From: Phyllobates terribilis
Lineage: Eukaryota
Length of the DNA: 64,000 bases
Assembly: GCF_046119375.1 (NCBI RefSeq)
Contig: NW_027362762.1
Coordinates: 276,396,001-276,460,000 of the forward strand
Direction: 5' to 3'
The position numbers and the translations under genes were made by a program. This document shows, piece by piece, positions 47,600 to 61,756 of this stretch. Positions within the stretch are counted from its first letter, which is position 1; each line of letters opens with the position of its first letter. The notes below the pieces were generated by a model. It saw nothing but the letters and a program-made list of their open reading frames with translations. It was not told where the DNA came from and did no database searches.

Positions 47600-47965
47600 C
47601 CAGTTATTTAAAACTATGGTTAGTCCGTCACACGAATCACATATAACTGCGCTGAAAATACTGCCATTTTTAGCCTCCATTCAAATTTTTTTCAGTGTGT
47701 CAGCAAAGTTTTTGACACAGGTTTGCTGTTCAAAATAGTTACCTACAGGCCAAGGTATTTAAAACTGTGGTTTGTCCATCACATAGATCACATATATGTT
47801 TTCTGAAAATTCTGCCATTTCTGGCCTCCATTCAAATTTTTTTTCAGTGTGTCAACTAAGTTTTCAACACTGGTTTGCTGTTCAAAATAGTTACGTACAG
47901 ACCAGGTATTTAAAACTGTGGTTTCACCATCACATGAATTACATATAAGTTCGCTCCAAATTCAA
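47600..47965 (+). repeat. ~151-bp tandem repeat (~2.5 units) upstream of the family B transposase
   Basis: TATTTAAAACT.TGGTT recurs near 47605, 47756 and 47907. Confidence 0.75.
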
Positions 47966-48006
47966 CAATTTGTAGTGAGCGTGGAAGATATTGTCCTCCA
48001 TTTAAA

Positions 48007-51000
48007 ATGGGCAAGGCGCATGGCAAGGGACGGGGAACTGGACGTGATGGTGATGGTGCATGCAGAGGCCAAGGCCGAGGCCGTGGGCAAGCTGAAATTG
48101 TGTCACAACAAACACCCACATCTTCTCGCCCGACCTTCCTGTCCCAATTCCTATGGGACCGCAGCACACCACTATTGAACCAAGAGCAGTGTCTAAAGGT
48201 TGTTGGTTGGATAGCGGATAATGCTTCCAGTCACTTAGCCACCACCACCACCCTGTCTTCCACCCGGTCAAGTCTCTGTAGCCGTGAGTCTGGACTGCAT
48301 ATTCCTCACCCTGATCCTCCTTCCTCCCACCATGCCGAGTGTCCAGAGACAACTGATCCCACTCTTGGACACTCTGAAGAGCTGTTCACTTTTTCATTTA
48401 TATATTCGGGCCTCTCGCCCGGTCCACTTGAAGCGGGGCAAGAGGAGATCGCATGTAGCGATGCCCAAATATTTGAGCAGCCACGGTCACACACAGGCGA
48501 CTGTGGGAAAGTGTCACAAGAGGTGGACGATGATGAGACAAAATTGCCAGAAAGTCAGGAGGAGGACCAGGTTGCACAAGTGGAAGACGAGGTGGTTGAT
48601 GATATAGTAACTGACCCAACCTGGCAGGAGGACATGCAGAGAGAGGACAGCAGCACACAGGGGAAGGGAGGAAGAGCACCCCAACAGGCAGGAAGAACAG
48701 TGTGGTGGCCACAGACAGAAGGCAGGCAATCCTTCCCCGTAACACCAACATGAAGGAAGTTGCGAGTACAACTGTTAGATCTTCCCGAGTCTGGTTGTTT
48801 TATAAAGACTCTGCCGATAACCCCAAAAAGGCCATTCGCACCACCTGCCAGGCCAGCATCAGCGGCGGTAGCAAAACTAGCAGCCTGACCACCACCAGCA
48901 TGATCAGGCACATGGCAGCAAAGCACCCGACTTTGTGAGCCGAGGAACCCCAGGGTCCAGGAACAGAGTCTGCGGGTGGCACCAATGCTTCTTCCGCTGT
49001 TGTGCACGCAAGCCAATCCCCTGTCCGTGGTGCATTCGAAGATGCCTCCTGCCCTGCACCTGTCATTGCACACTCTCAATTAACATCATCAGGAAGCACG
49101 TCCACGTCCTTGTCCCAGCACAGCGTTCAGTTGTCCATACCCCAGTCCTTGGAACGCAAGCGCAAATTCGCAGCCAAGGCCCCACAGACCACACTACTAA
49201 ATTCACACATTTCACTACTGCTTGCGCTCGAAATTTTGCCTTTTAGGCTTGTGGAGACAGATGCATTCCGCAACCTGATGTTGGCGGGTGTCCCTCGGTA
49301 CTCGGTCCCCAGCCACCACTCTTTCTCCTGGTGTGCAGTCCGAGCTTTACACAAGCACTTGTTCCAAAACATTAGCCGTGCCCTCAACAACGCAGATACC
49401 GGGAAAGTCCACCTAACCACGGACACCTGGACAAGTGCTTGTGGGCAGGGATGGTACATCTCTCTGACGGCACACTCAGTTAACATAGTGGAAACCGGGA
49501 CCCATTTGGACCTTGGGATGGAACACTTCCTCCCGACGCCAAGGATTGCGGGCCCTAGATCAATCAGGGTTGCCTCCACAGTCTACAGCTCTTGCACCTC
49601 ATACTCTACAGCCTCCTCCTCCTTTTCAGCCTCCATCTCCAAAATGACCTCATCAGTCACAAGCTGGAAGCACTGCAGCACTGCCTCGGCCAAGCGGCAA
49701 CAGGCTTTGCTGAAGTCAATATGCTTAGGTGACAAACTGCACAATGCTGAAGAGTTGTGGACAGTTATGAAAGAACATTCAGATCTGTTGCTCACACCGC
49801 TGAACCTACAGCCAGGCATGGTCATGTGTGACAATGTCCAGAGCCTGGTGGTGGCTCTGAGGTGTGGCGAGCTCACACACGTACCATGCCTGGCCCATGT
49901 GCTTAACCTCATGGTTCAGCGGTTTCTCAAATCCTACCCAGAGCTGCTGGATCTGCTTGATAAAGTTGAAAGTCAGCAACAGCTTCCCCCTCCCTTGCCA
50001 TGTTTCAGCAGCGTTTGCAACTTCCGGCTCACAGACTGGTGTGTGATGTCCCCACGCGTTGAAACTCTACACTGCAGATGTTGGGAAGGATTTGTGAGCA
50101 GTAGAGGGCAGTTGTTGAGTACCAGCATCAAGAAGGCATCAGTATTGAGTTTAGACTCCACACAAAAGACCTCAGGAGTGGACATGGATGTCAGACATAT
50201 GTACCATGCTCCAAAACTTTGAGGACTCCACCAAGATGGTGAGCAGCAATAACGCCATAATTAGCATCACAATCCCGCTTCTCTGTCTTCTGAAACGCTC
50301 TCTACTCACAATGAAAGAGGATGCTATGCAGGCAGAGCACGATGAGATGGAGCAAGGGTGATTATACACAGCCAAGCCTCATCTCATCCCAATGTGGATT
50401 GGGTGACAATGAGAAAGAGAAGGAGGAGGAAGAACAGGAGTTAGTTTCATGCACAACTGTCATACCATCTGTTTAGCGTGGATGGCCAGAGGACAGAGAG
50501 GAGGAGGAAGAGGAGAGCATGGTTAGTCATCCTCTTGGTGAGGACACGGAAATCTTGCCTGTTAGCAGTCTGGCACGCATGGCTGAGTTTATGTTACGCT
50601 GCCTTTCCCATGACCCTCGCGTTCTCAAAGTTTGGGTGACAGTCATTACTGGCTGGTGACACTTCTAGCCTCACACTACAAGGAGAACTTTATATCTCTT
50701 ATTCCTGAGGCGGACAGGTCTAAAAAAATGGGGCAGTACCAGAAGGCCCTTGTTGCGGAATTATTAAAAAAATTCCCATCTGAAAACACTTGTGTCAGAG
50801 GTCACAGTACATTGTACAACTAAGGAGTACAGGCAAGAGAGACACAACTTCAATCCAGCAGAGGCAGGGGAACACTGTCGAAGTTCTGGGAGTATTTTCT
50901 ATGCCCCTTTCATCGCACAAGCCCTGAGGCACGGGGTACTCTCACAAGGAGTGCAAAGTTTGTGAAGATGCTGAGGGAGAACCTTGACGACCGTATGCAC

Positions 51001-51270
51001 GTCCTTCGTGATTCCTCTGTGCCTTATAATTATTGGATATCAAAGCTGGATACGTGGAATGAACTGGCTCTTTATGCCTTGGAGGTCCTGGCCTGCCCTG
51101 TCACCAGCGTTTTATCAAAGCGGGTTTTTAGTGCCGCTGGTGGAATGATAACTGATAAGTGCATCCGCCTGTCAACTGAAAATGCTGAGAGGCTGACTCT
51201 TATAAAAAAGAACAAGGGCTGGATTGTGCCAGACTTCTCAACACCACCAAATGATAGCAGCGTAACATAA
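48007..51270 (+). pseudogene. Decayed hAT transposase (family B)
   Basis: RG-rich start, BED-like RVWLFY...MIRHMAAKH, HLTTDTWTS, MCDN, CLAHVLNL, CDVPTR*NST, SKRVFS (catalytic E to K), dimerization motif. Many stops and frameshifts. Confidence 0.92.
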
Positions 51271-51559
51271 ACTCAAATCCTGTGTCTTTTTTTGGGAGGT
51301 GTATTCCCATGCACCTCTTCACACCCACATATGGGTATATGCTTCCTGATTTTGGCTATTTGCTCTTGTCCTCCTCCTTCTCATCATCCTCATCCTCCAC
51401 CACCATATCACCAAGGTGACCGTGGCAGGTGATGCAACACCCACATAATTTTTTAAACGGTGTTTATGATACACGTAAAAAAAAAAATATATACAGTATG
51501 TTCCTGTATACCTCCCAGGGTTAAATGTTTGTCAGCCCACACTCTTAGTGCATGGGCAT

Positions 51560-52440
51560 TACAAGTATAGGAGACCCGCTCCTTTCTAATGGGAACATTT
51601 TCTTATGAGGCCCTCCTCCACGTCTCTTCCAAGGGGCATTGAAGTGCCTCCAAATTTTAGGCTGCCCTTGGATTCACTTAATAGGCAAACACAATGGGAG
51701 ACCCACTTCCTAATAATGGGAACATTGTTTTCAGCAGGCCCTCTGACCTCCATGTCAATTCCAAGGGGCATTGGAGCGCCTCTAAATTTTTGGCAACCCT
51801 TGCATTCACTGCATAGGCAAACATGATGGGAGACTCACTTCCAAATAATGGGAACATTGTTTTCAGGAGGCCCTCTGACCTCCACGTCTCTTCCAAGGGG
51901 CATTGGAGTGCCTCCAAATTTTTAGAAACCCTTGCATTCACTGCATAGGCAAACACAATGGGAGACCCACTTCCTAATAATGGGAACATTGTTTTCAGGT
52001 GACCTCTGACCTCCACATCTCTTCCAAGGGGCATTGGAGTGCCTCCAAATTTTTGGCAACCCTTGCATTCACTGCATAGGCAAACATAATGGGAGACCAT
52101 TTCCTAATAATGGGAACATTGTTTTCAGGAGGCCCTGTGACCTCCACGTCTCTTCCAAGGAGCATTGGAGTGCCTCCAAATTTTTGGCAACCCTTGCATT
52201 CATAGCATAGGCAAACACAATGGGAGACCCACTTCCTAATAATGGGAGCATTGTTTTCAGGAGGCCCTCTGACCTCCACGTCTCTTCCAAGGGTCATTGG
52301 AGTGCCTCCAAATTTTGGGCAACCCTTGCATTCACTGCATAGGCAAACCCAATGGGAGACCTACTTCCTAAGAATGGGAATATTGCTTTCAGGAGGCCCT
52401 CCTCTAAGTCTCTTCCAAGGGGTATTGGGGTGCGTCCAAA
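51560..52440 (+). repeat. 132-bp minisatellite (~6.5 units) downstream of the family B transposase
   Basis: GGGAGAC starts at 51696, 51828, 51960, 52091, 52222 and 52354. Confidence 0.93.
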
Positions 52441-54824
52441 TTTTCAAAGTGGTATTGGGGTGCGTACAAATTTTGGGCAGCCCTGCCACTCACTGTATAT
52501 GCAATAACATTATAAAAGACCCATTCTTTAGTAATGGAAACAATAAAACATAGCCGGCTGATGGCTCTCTAAGAATAGTGAGGGCCAACTTCTGTCCCTT
52601 TAAGAATAGTAAAGGCCGCCTGATGGCCCCATAAAAATAGGCTTTGTGACTTTCAGAGTCCCTCCTTCATAAATAAAACACAATGTGTCTGATGATATCT
52701 CACACACCACATGGCCAGATAAGGTTGTAAAATGTTAAAATGACATTTCCTTGTGAATGCATTTGTCACGATTGAAAGCAATGCAAAAGTGCAAAAATGC
52801 ATCAAAAATGCTACGTGTGAACATAGCCCAAGGTGTGGAGGAGAGTTTTTGTTTTTATTTTGCTTTATATACAAGTCATTACCCTGGAAAGTATGTTCCT
52901 TAACATATTTCACAGGAAAATCCATTTTGGTTTCGTTTTGTGTATGTGTTATTGGAGTCCGTAAAAGTAGCGTAATACCTCTGACAATGTTGTTGACAGA
53001 AGTGACCTGGGAGTCAGAAATGCTTCGAGTGGTCTTCCTCATGCTGTTCCCATGTCATTTTAGCACCGTGCCCATTGATTTGGGCAATTTTTAGGCCCTC
53101 TGCAGACCGCCGGTGGGAGCAGCCTGAAAAATGCTCAAGTCTCCCATAGACTTACATTGGTGTCATTGCTCGGGTCGAGCACCCGAGTACTCCAAAGTGC
53201 TCGACCCGAGCATCGAGCACCAGAGCATTTTAGTGCTCGACCATCACTAGTTATTTATTAACTATTTTGTGTGGTATAACTATCTGATTTCAGGGCATTA
53301 AAATTCAAAGTTTGGAAATTGTGAAATTTTCAAATTTTCATAAAATTTTCAATATTTTCATAAATAAAAGCAAATCATATTGAGCAAAATGTACCACTAA
53401 CATGAATTACAACATCTGAAAAAAAAATAAATAAATACTAACAATAATAATAAATGTAATTTTTTTTGTTTTATATTATTATTATTGTTAATTTTTTTAG
53501 TTTTTATAACATATATAGATATTTTAAAAGGCGAAAATATAGTCCAAACAGAATGAAGATATGTAATTTCCTGTGAGAAACATCTCAGGAAGTCATGTGC
53601 TGTAGTACATAAAGTAGTTATAAACTTATTTGTCCATCCTGATGAAGAGGAAACCTGGAACCAGTAGATTTGGCTGTTTGTTTATTTGTTATTTAGCTGT
53701 AAAAGTATTTTTAGCTATTAAATTATTTGTGAGTCTCTGGCTGGATTGGCAATCACTCCAGTTTATGGTTTAACTTTCACTGCATTGCTTAGTGTGCAAG
53801 GAGGAGAGGCTGATTTGGAAGAAGGGAGGATAGGAATATTTCTACCCCCTACAAAGTAAGTGGAGCTTCAATCCTTCAACTCCCTTACTCCCCGTGTGGA
53901 CCTACTGTGCTCGTCGGCTGGCGCTCCTTTTTTTGTTTGTTTTTTCAGCTATGTTACAATATGGCACCTGATTAGGATGCCCGGACTTGGTAGCAGCAGG
54001 CTGATTGAGCTATAACAAAGTTGTCCACATTCAAGATATCTAATTAGTGTAAGTGTTTTGTTTGTTTTTCTTCCTCTCCACCCTCCTCAGAAGCATTCCT
54101 TTTCAGACTTTTTCTTGCTTTTTTTCATGAATTACAACATGTCAAGAAAACACAATATCACAATCACTGGGATATGTTTTTACCTCATAAGATGTCACTG
54201 GTCAGAATTTAAAAATGAGGCTTAGTCATTATCCTACAAGGTGGCTCTGTCCTTAAGGGGTTAATATAGTTCCGCAACTATTTAAAAGTCATGTGCAATA
54301 TTATTTACTAAGCTAGCCCAAGCCACATGCTTATATTCTTTGGACTATTTTGTCCCCAGTGCACCATAAGAAAAACACACCATATAACACAGTAAGGGTT
54401 AAAGGGGTTGGCCATGGCTTAATTAACACAAAAACATACAAAATAAAACTTTATCCATGCCCTTTCATTCCTAACTTTATCCGGTTAATCTTAAATGACC
54501 GAAATCCAACTACTGTTGTACAGCTGTCCTTTCAAACAACACATAATTGGGCTTGGAAGAGAACCACTACACTGTGACAGCATCTCATACTTAGAAATTG
54601 GGAATAAACTTTAATAATAATGTTTTTGTTTATATTAGAACACCATTTAAGGGAAGGAGGGTGGATGTATTTTGTCATCTGTAAGGTAAGAAGATGGTCG
54701 ACCTTCACTTGCTCCTCCATACCTCTTTTTTGTCAAAGACCCACCAAGCTCCCCTTTAATGGCAGCTCCTATACATCTTTACGCTCTTCATATCAACTAT
54801 AAACAAACTACCTTGCAGTCCTAA

Positions 54825-55703
54825 GGCTATGGGCCCACATAGCAGATTTGATGCAGAGCATTTTTGCCTCTCTCTGGCAGAAAAAAATGCATGCAGATTT
54901 ACATGCGTTGTTTCTGCCAGAGAGAAGCATTTTTTCAGCGTTTTTACATGCGTTTTCGCATGCGTTTTTTCAAGCTGTTTTCGAAGCGATTTTGAGCATC
55001 ACTTGGAAAACAGCTTTACAACCGACATGGATTTATATAATGTGACCAAGTAATAGTTAAAAAAAGAATAAGAATGGTAAAAAATAAAAAAAAAAAGATT
55101 ATACTCACCTTCCGGTGTCTTCCCGGTGTCATCTCTGCTGCGTCCGGTCTCTTGCAATGCTCGCGGTGGTGTGAAGGACCTGCGGTGACGTCATTGAGTC
55201 ATTTTATGGGTCACATGACTCAGGGACGTCATGGCAGGTTCTTCACAACAGCGCGAGCATTGCAAGAGACCGGACGGCGTGGACAAAACACTGGGAGGAC
55301 ATCGGAAGGTGAGTATAAACTTTATTTTTTATTTTAAATTCTTTTTTTTACAGCTTTTAATGGTACCTGGGTGTGGAGGAGAGTCTCCTGTCCTCCACAC
55401 CCGGGTACCATCCGCACATTAGAACGCGCCAATTCCGCAAGTACAGATGCAGTCTTGCGGAATTGGCGCATTCTAATGCAAGTCAATGATGGCGATTAAG
55501 CTGCGTGTCCGCAGAATTAATGGACATGCTGCGTATTTTTGGGTGCAGCATAAGCACTGTGGAAAAATACGCAGCATGGGCATTGAAAGTGCGGAATTGA
55601 ATAGGAGACCATGGGGGAAGGTTTACCAAGTGTTTCCCAAGCGTTTATGCTGCGGAAATTCCGCAGCGTAAACGCTTGAAAAACGCATCGTGGGCACACA
55701 GCC
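54825..55703. mobile_element. MITE, same family as 17471-18308
   Basis: Ends GGCTATGGGCCCAC / GTGGGCACACAGCC. The internal GGTACC..GGAGAGTCTCC..GGTACCATCCGCAC block is the reverse complement of ~17755-17815. Confidence 0.7.
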
Positions 55704-56647
55704 CAAGTCTTATCTTTAACTTTTTCAGGTCTTGCTAGACTGCAAGGATTGTAAGAAAACCAGCCCAAGTCACACCACGTTTATTCTTGGGGCTGCTTTA
55801 ACCTCAATATGCCATATAGCACGTTTTGAGTTAAAAGGGCTGGTCTCAGATTTATTAACACAAAACTACACAAAATAGTTTATCCATGCCCCTTTATACT
55901 TAACTTTATTCTGTTCTTCTTCAATGACCGAACGCCAAAAATAGCCTTGCAAATAACATGTAATTAGGCATGGAAGAGAACCACCACCAAGGAAAACAAT
56001 GTACTCCTTTATTGTATTCTGATTAACCCCACCAGAAGGAATCAATGCTTTTTCAAGGCTGTCCTGTAGCCCAGAAAGAAAAATATCCCACTATATGTCA
56101 CTCAAATGCACTCTATCACTCTTCAGTTAGTCGTTAATGTCACCTTCCAGTTCCCTGTGTCTCTTAACTACTCCACCCAGACCTGCAGATGTTTTGACAC
56201 CCTTACATTCAGCAGCCTACTAACTCACTCTATCCCAACCAGGCTCCTACCTCACACCAATTTTTTCTGCGAATTATATATGACCACACTATAGTGACCA
56301 TGCCAAAAAACTCATTCAATCTTGAAAGATCCTGTTTTATTAAGGTGAACAAGATTTCCCACTTTTATCTTGCATAAGTCATTGCCACCTGCATGTATTA
56401 TCAGTTTCACATTACTTGCATACTGCTTGATACATTGCACCACCATCGGGAGAACTTGTATCCAACGGAGACATTTCACCCCTTATGGCTTACCCAACTT
56501 AATTCCTCCCTGTCGAACACTGGCCCTCTTTTCTGCCCAGAAAATATAACAATGAAAACCACTCTAGACTGTAAGTGATCTGTAAGTAAAAACATTAAGA
56601 CTTAATGACTGAAACTGATATAACAAAATGACACCCCTTATTAAATT

Positions 56648-57400
56648 CTACGAGCTAGCTCCCCTTACTACCAGGCTCAGGCAAATATAACCATTAAAGA
56701 ACTCTAACTTCCATCTGACTAATGCTTTAACTTCCCCGGCTGACATACCACAAATATCAGCTGTCATGGCTGCTCCTATACAAAAAAAGTGCATCACAAA
56801 TGTCAAAGGAACTAGATCTAACTCTTTAATTTCTGCTTTAAAAATAACTGAAAATGTATACGAGGTTAAAGGACACTTGTCCTTGTTTAAGAAAAACTTC
56901 ACCAGCACCTCTTACCTTTAGATATTCCTTTACCAACTTTACCGAGCAAAATTTAGACTACAACTCATTCACTGACAAATATGTACCTCGCCCAAAACCA
57001 TCTGTCTTTGTTCTCCTGATACAGATCCTTAAAGCATTACCTGACCCTACTACAACCGTAAACAATAGGCCTTTAAGCAAACTTCTGTTGAGAGGGACTA
57101 ATTCCTTAATCCAAAAAAAGCTGGAGCAAAGGCCGCCTGAAATAAAGCAACCTCATCTGCATTTTACATTCTATCTGTTATCAACTTAATAAACAATTGA
57201 AAACATAGGCCACCATTTCCTTATGCCAGCCATTAACAATCTGCTTTATTGCAAAGACTTTAGTCCTATGTTCCACACCATGTAACTTAAGAAAGAAAGC
57301 TATTCCCGTAAAGCATTTTTACACTTTGCTTGCTGACGTACCTGAATGCCTCAAAGCCGCTAAATAATCCAACATTACAATTAGGAGTGAAAATTAATTC
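56648..57400 (-). pseudogene. Second, heavily decayed tyrosine-recombinase (Ngaro/DIRS-type) remnant
   Basis: GIAFFLKLHG..TKVFAIKQIVNGW (N-domain) and PLTSYTF..FK....HFFCIGAA...G....VRW......YI (C-terminal YR box). Confidence 0.7.
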
Positions 57401-57999
57401 TCAGATATGTTACCATTTGCGTATAAGAGCTACTCATTACATGATTTAGTTTGACTGCTCCATGTTGCTTAAACTGATTTTTTAATTAAGTGGACAAGTT
57501 CCTCTCTAATAGTGTCCACAAGAAAATGGTGCACAGCCTTTCACTAAGCTGTGCTACTGAATGAAGATCCCTGAAGTCTTGTATCTGCTGTGGTAAAGTG
57601 AGTTAATTTCCTGCATGCGGAGGTAAACAAGTGACACTGTTTCTTTAAATTTTCAGTTGGTTTAGTTAGTGGCATTAAACCAACGCAAAGTTCATGAAAC
57701 ATAAATGTAGCCTACCTGGCATAATGGCAAATCAAACTTAAGAAAGTGTCCAGCAAAGTACTTGCACCTGGCTGGGGTACGGCCACTCAGGATCAGCAAC
57801 AGAGAGACACACGGTTCAGTTTAACACACAGAAACATGAGCTCCTCTCTCTGGATCTGGCCTCCAGGTACTGAACACACCTGAGTTTCAAGGCTGTCTAT
57901 TTAAAGCACAGACATTCCCCTGATTGGAGAGGTATGGTGAATGACCTTCCACCCTTCACAATGGTCATTCACAAAAAACACTCCCTTTTAGTGATTTGG

Positions 58000-58330
58000 T
58001 AAGCTTCACACTTGGACACCTCATTCAGTCGGCGCTAGTCATTACAAAAGCTCCACTCTTCGTTGGGTTTTGGCACGAGGACGATGGGACTAGACTATCC
58101 ACTCTTCGACTCCTCTATCACCCCGAGGTCTAACATCCTTTTCACTTCAGTTAAGATCACCTCTCGGCATGCTTCAGGAATCCTGTAGGGCTTCAGGTTC
58201 ACTCTTATATGTGGCTCTGTTAGCATGTCATGCTCTACCACCTGAATGCGTCCTGGCAACTCTGAGAACAGGTCACAATTTCGCTGTAACAGTTCTCAAC
58301 ATTATTGCTTCTGAGCCAGCGATAGAGTCT
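58000..58330 (-). pseudogene. Start of the reverse transcriptase, fused by deletion to the 3' LTR
   Basis: LKPYRIPEACRE...MLDLGVIEESKSG*SSPIVLVPKP...FCND*RRLN. Confidence 0.85.
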
Positions 58331-58482
58331 CTGCAATAGTGACCTCTTCTACCTTGACTTCGGGAGCGGCTCACAGGCAAGGAGCTTCCACAGATTCCAG
58401 GTCTTGCCACAGCTTGAGCAGGTTCTCATGGTACACTTGACTTAACTTCACTGACCTTCTCCACCACCTCATACAGGTCTTG

Positions 58483-59620
58483 TCATTTGGCAAGAAACTT
58501 GCTCTTGACTGTGGTGATTAGCACCAGAACATGTTCCCCAGGCTGGAACTGCCTCAGCCTCGCAGATTGGTTATTGACCCCTGCCTGGGCCTCCTGCGCC
58601 TGGAGGAGTTGTACTTTCACGATAGGCTTCACGTTTGCCATTCTTTCCTGCATCTGGGCGGCATGATCAATGCTGCTCCGGTGTGGCATGACCTCGGCTT
58701 CCCAGGTTTCCTTGGTGATGTCCAGGAGCACTCTTGGGTGCCGACCATAAGGGAGCTCGAACGGAGAGAAGCTAGCGGAGGCTTGTGGAACTTTTCTGAC
58801 TGAGAAGACCAGGAACAGTAGCAGGTAGTCCCAGTCATGACCGTCCTTCTTGATGACCTTTTTGAGCATTGCTTTTAAGGTCTTATTACTGCGCTCCACC
58901 AGGCCGTCTGTCTGCGGATGGTAAACGGAGGTTCGCAGCTGGGTAACCTGGTGGACGCTACACAGCTCCTTCATTACCTTGCTCATGAATGGGGTTCCTT
59001 GGTCCGTTAGTATCTCTTTTGGCAGGCCGGTCCTGGCAAATATATGGACCAGTTCCCGGGCTATGATCTTACTCGACGAGTTCTTTAGTGGTACCGCTTC
59101 CGGGTACCGGGTTGCATAGTCTATGACCACCAGGATGTATTGGTGGCCCCGTGCCAATTAATTAAGGGCCCTACTAGGTCCATGGCAAACCTTTCAAAGG
59201 GAATTTCGATCACAGGTAGTGGGATTAAAAGACTACGGGAGTGGGGGGAGGGGCGGTTATCTGACAGGTGAGGCAGGACCTACAATAGTTTAGGATCTCC
59301 CCGTAACACCCTGGCCAATAAAACCGCCTCAATATCCTCTCCTGAGTCTTCTCGACCCTCATGTGTTCCCCCAGAACATGTGAATGGGCCATTTCTAATA
59401 ACCTCCTTTGGTATGGCCCTGGAACTAACAGCTGCTCCACTAACTCATCACCCCTTGGTTTGATCACCTGATACAATAATTCGCACAGAACTACAAAGTG
59501 TGGGTACTTGGTGTCTGCCCCCGGCTCTTGAGAAACCCCATTACAGACAGTAACATTGTCCCACACCCCCTTTAAGGTGAAGTCCCGAACTTGAGCAGAC
59601 CCAAAGTTCTCTCCGTGCAC
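58483..59620 (-). pseudogene. Retroviral-type integrase (HHCC plus core)
   Basis: AHSH..GEH...C.SC..CQ, VIDYATRYPEA, ILTDQGTPF, YHPQTDGLVERSN. Confidence 0.92.
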
Positions 59621-60335
59621 CTCTAACTCTGGGAGGTCGGCCTACTCAGTCACAGTCTCGTCCTCATTGCTGGCAAGGACAAACAGTGAGAACTCATCCA
59701 GTTCAGATGTCAAGCGGGGTATTTCCCTAGGGACCGGGCTTTTGTCCACGTGACTCAGTCAAGTTCCCTTCCCCCACAAGTCCCAGAACAAAGGGATATC
59801 GCGCCCCAATATGATGGGCTGTATTAGGTCATTGATCACCCCAACCTCGTGGGATTGGGCACCACAGTCTGTTCCCTCAGACACTCCTTGGTGTCCCCAT
59901 GTATGCAATGAATGCCCACCGTTTTGGCAGGGATCAGCTGGTGGGGAAGGGTAGTGCTGATCAAAGTCACCAGACTCCCTTAGTCCAATAGTCCAAGCAC
60001 CACCACCCAATTAGCGGACACATCACACGCCTGCGGCGGCCCCTCAGCGGGTTGGCCATCCATGCTACGGGCCAGATAGGCATAATAGGAACAACGCCGG
60101 CCTAGGCTGCAGTCCATTGGTTCAGGGGACATATGGCACCAGGCGGCTATGTGTCCAGGACTATGACACCGCCAACATACCACATCCCATACCACAGTCT
60201 TTGCAGGACACTCAGTGGGATTGGGACGACTCCCGTTTGTTACTCTAAATCCCTTACGTGGTGAGCCCCCCCTCTTTAGGCACTCCAGTATGGGGAATTG
60301 ACTATGTCCAGTTTCACCAGAGATTTCTCGACTAC

Positions 60336-60540
60336 TTAGTACCTCTCTACCAGGCCCATGAGGTCGTCCGCATTCCGATGGTCACCCTGGGCAACCCAGG
60401 TCTGCACCGGCCTGGGTAGGGAATGAATGAACCTGTCCATCACCACACGCTCAACTATCTGGGCAGGAGAGGAAGACTCTGGCTGCAGCCACTTCTGGAC
60501 TAGATGTAGTAAGTCAAACATTTGTGAGCGCGGAGGTTTA
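60336..60540 (-). pseudogene. SCAN-like gag C-terminal domain
   Basis: LVQKWLQPESSSPAQIVERVVMDRFIHSLPRPVQTWV resembles the SCAN consensus (WLRPE..TKEQILELLVLEQFL..LP). Confidence 0.78.
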
Positions 60541-60550
60541 TCGCCAGCAT

Positions 60551-61078
60551 TATTATTATTATTTATTCATATAGTGCCATTGATTCCATGGTGCTGTACA
60601 TAAGAAGGGGTAACATACCAAATACAGATATCTCTTACAGTAAACAAACTAATAATGATAGAATGGTACAGAGGGAAGAGGACACTGCCCTTGCGGGCTT
60701 ACATTCTACAGGAACGGGGAAGGAGACATTAGGTTTGGGAGGTTGCAGTAGCTCCGGTGTTTTTGAGGTGGAAGCAAGCAAGGTCATGGCAGGCTGTAAG
60801 CTTGCTTGAAGAGATGAGTTTTAAAGTTCTGTCTGAAGGATCAAAATGTGGGGGATAATCGGACGTGTTGAGGCACAGAATTCCATAGGATGGGGGATAT
60901 TTGGGAGAAATTTTGGAGGCAATTGTGTGAGGAACGAATAAGTGTGAGGGAGAGAAGGAGGTCTTGGGAGGACCGGAGATTACTTAATTGAATGTATTGG
61001 GAGATTAGTTCAGAGATGTACGGAGGAGAGAGGTTATGGATGGCTTTGTAGGTCAGTGTTAGTAGTTAATAGCTAGTA
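60551..61078 (-). mobile_element. L2 LINE 3' fragment inserted in gag
   Basis: LWNSVPQHVR...SFRQNFKTHLFKQAY, a (TAA)n tail, and an imperfect 8-bp TSD GCCAGCAT / GCCAACAT. Confidence 0.88.
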
Positions 61079-61756
61079 GCCAACATACACCCATTGGTGG
61101 ATCCTTTGCGCTCTGACAGACATAGTCATCCCTGAGTGGGCCAATATATCTGTTTTTAATTTGCCATATTTTTTGCATCTTGCAAAGCCAGATCATAATT
61201 GGCCTTCTGTGGCTCCCCTGTTAAATATGGCGCCAGAACCTCCGCCCACTGCTCCAGTGGTAATCTCTCCCACTTTGCCACCCTTTTAAACACAGTCAGA
61301 AATACCTCAACATCATCCCCGGGGTCATCTTTTGTAATGCTCTTCTTACTGTCTTCTTGACGTTTGAGTCATCACCTGGATTTGTGGGGTGGAACGGTTT
61401 CCCTGCCATGGATCTCCCCTGCTAGGAGTTCCATCTGTTGCATCAAGAGTTTATTTGTCTCCTGCTGTATCTGCTGGCTCTGCTGCTGCTGCTCTCATTG
61501 CTGCTGTAGCTGCTCTTGGGGCTGCTGCGTGTTCTGCTGGCTCTGGAGGTACTGTTGCTGAAACTGCACCTGCTGTAGCTGTAGCTGCTGCTGGACCTGC
61601 TCATGCTGCTTCTGGTGCTTCATTTGTTGCACCTGCTGTGCCTGCAACAGATGCTTAAGCAGGTCCTCCATGTTGTCAGACTTCTCTGGCTGGCTGGTGG
61701 CCGTTACCCAGGACATCCACCGGTCTCTGTGGCAGGTGCACGTGTTCCAGGAATCT

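Larger units (their letters stand above)
45889..53249 (+). mobile_element. hAT family B relic (left end missing)
   Basis: Right TIR GCTCGACCATCACTA at 53235-53249 with GCTCG/CGAGC subterminal repeats; internal decayed transposase. No left TIR was found, so the left boundary is approximate. Confidence 0.72.

Noticed and set aside
53630-53670. Third hammerhead (CTGATGAAGAGGAAAC)
   Set aside because: No stem II between CTGATGA and GAAA, and no convincing stem I partner.
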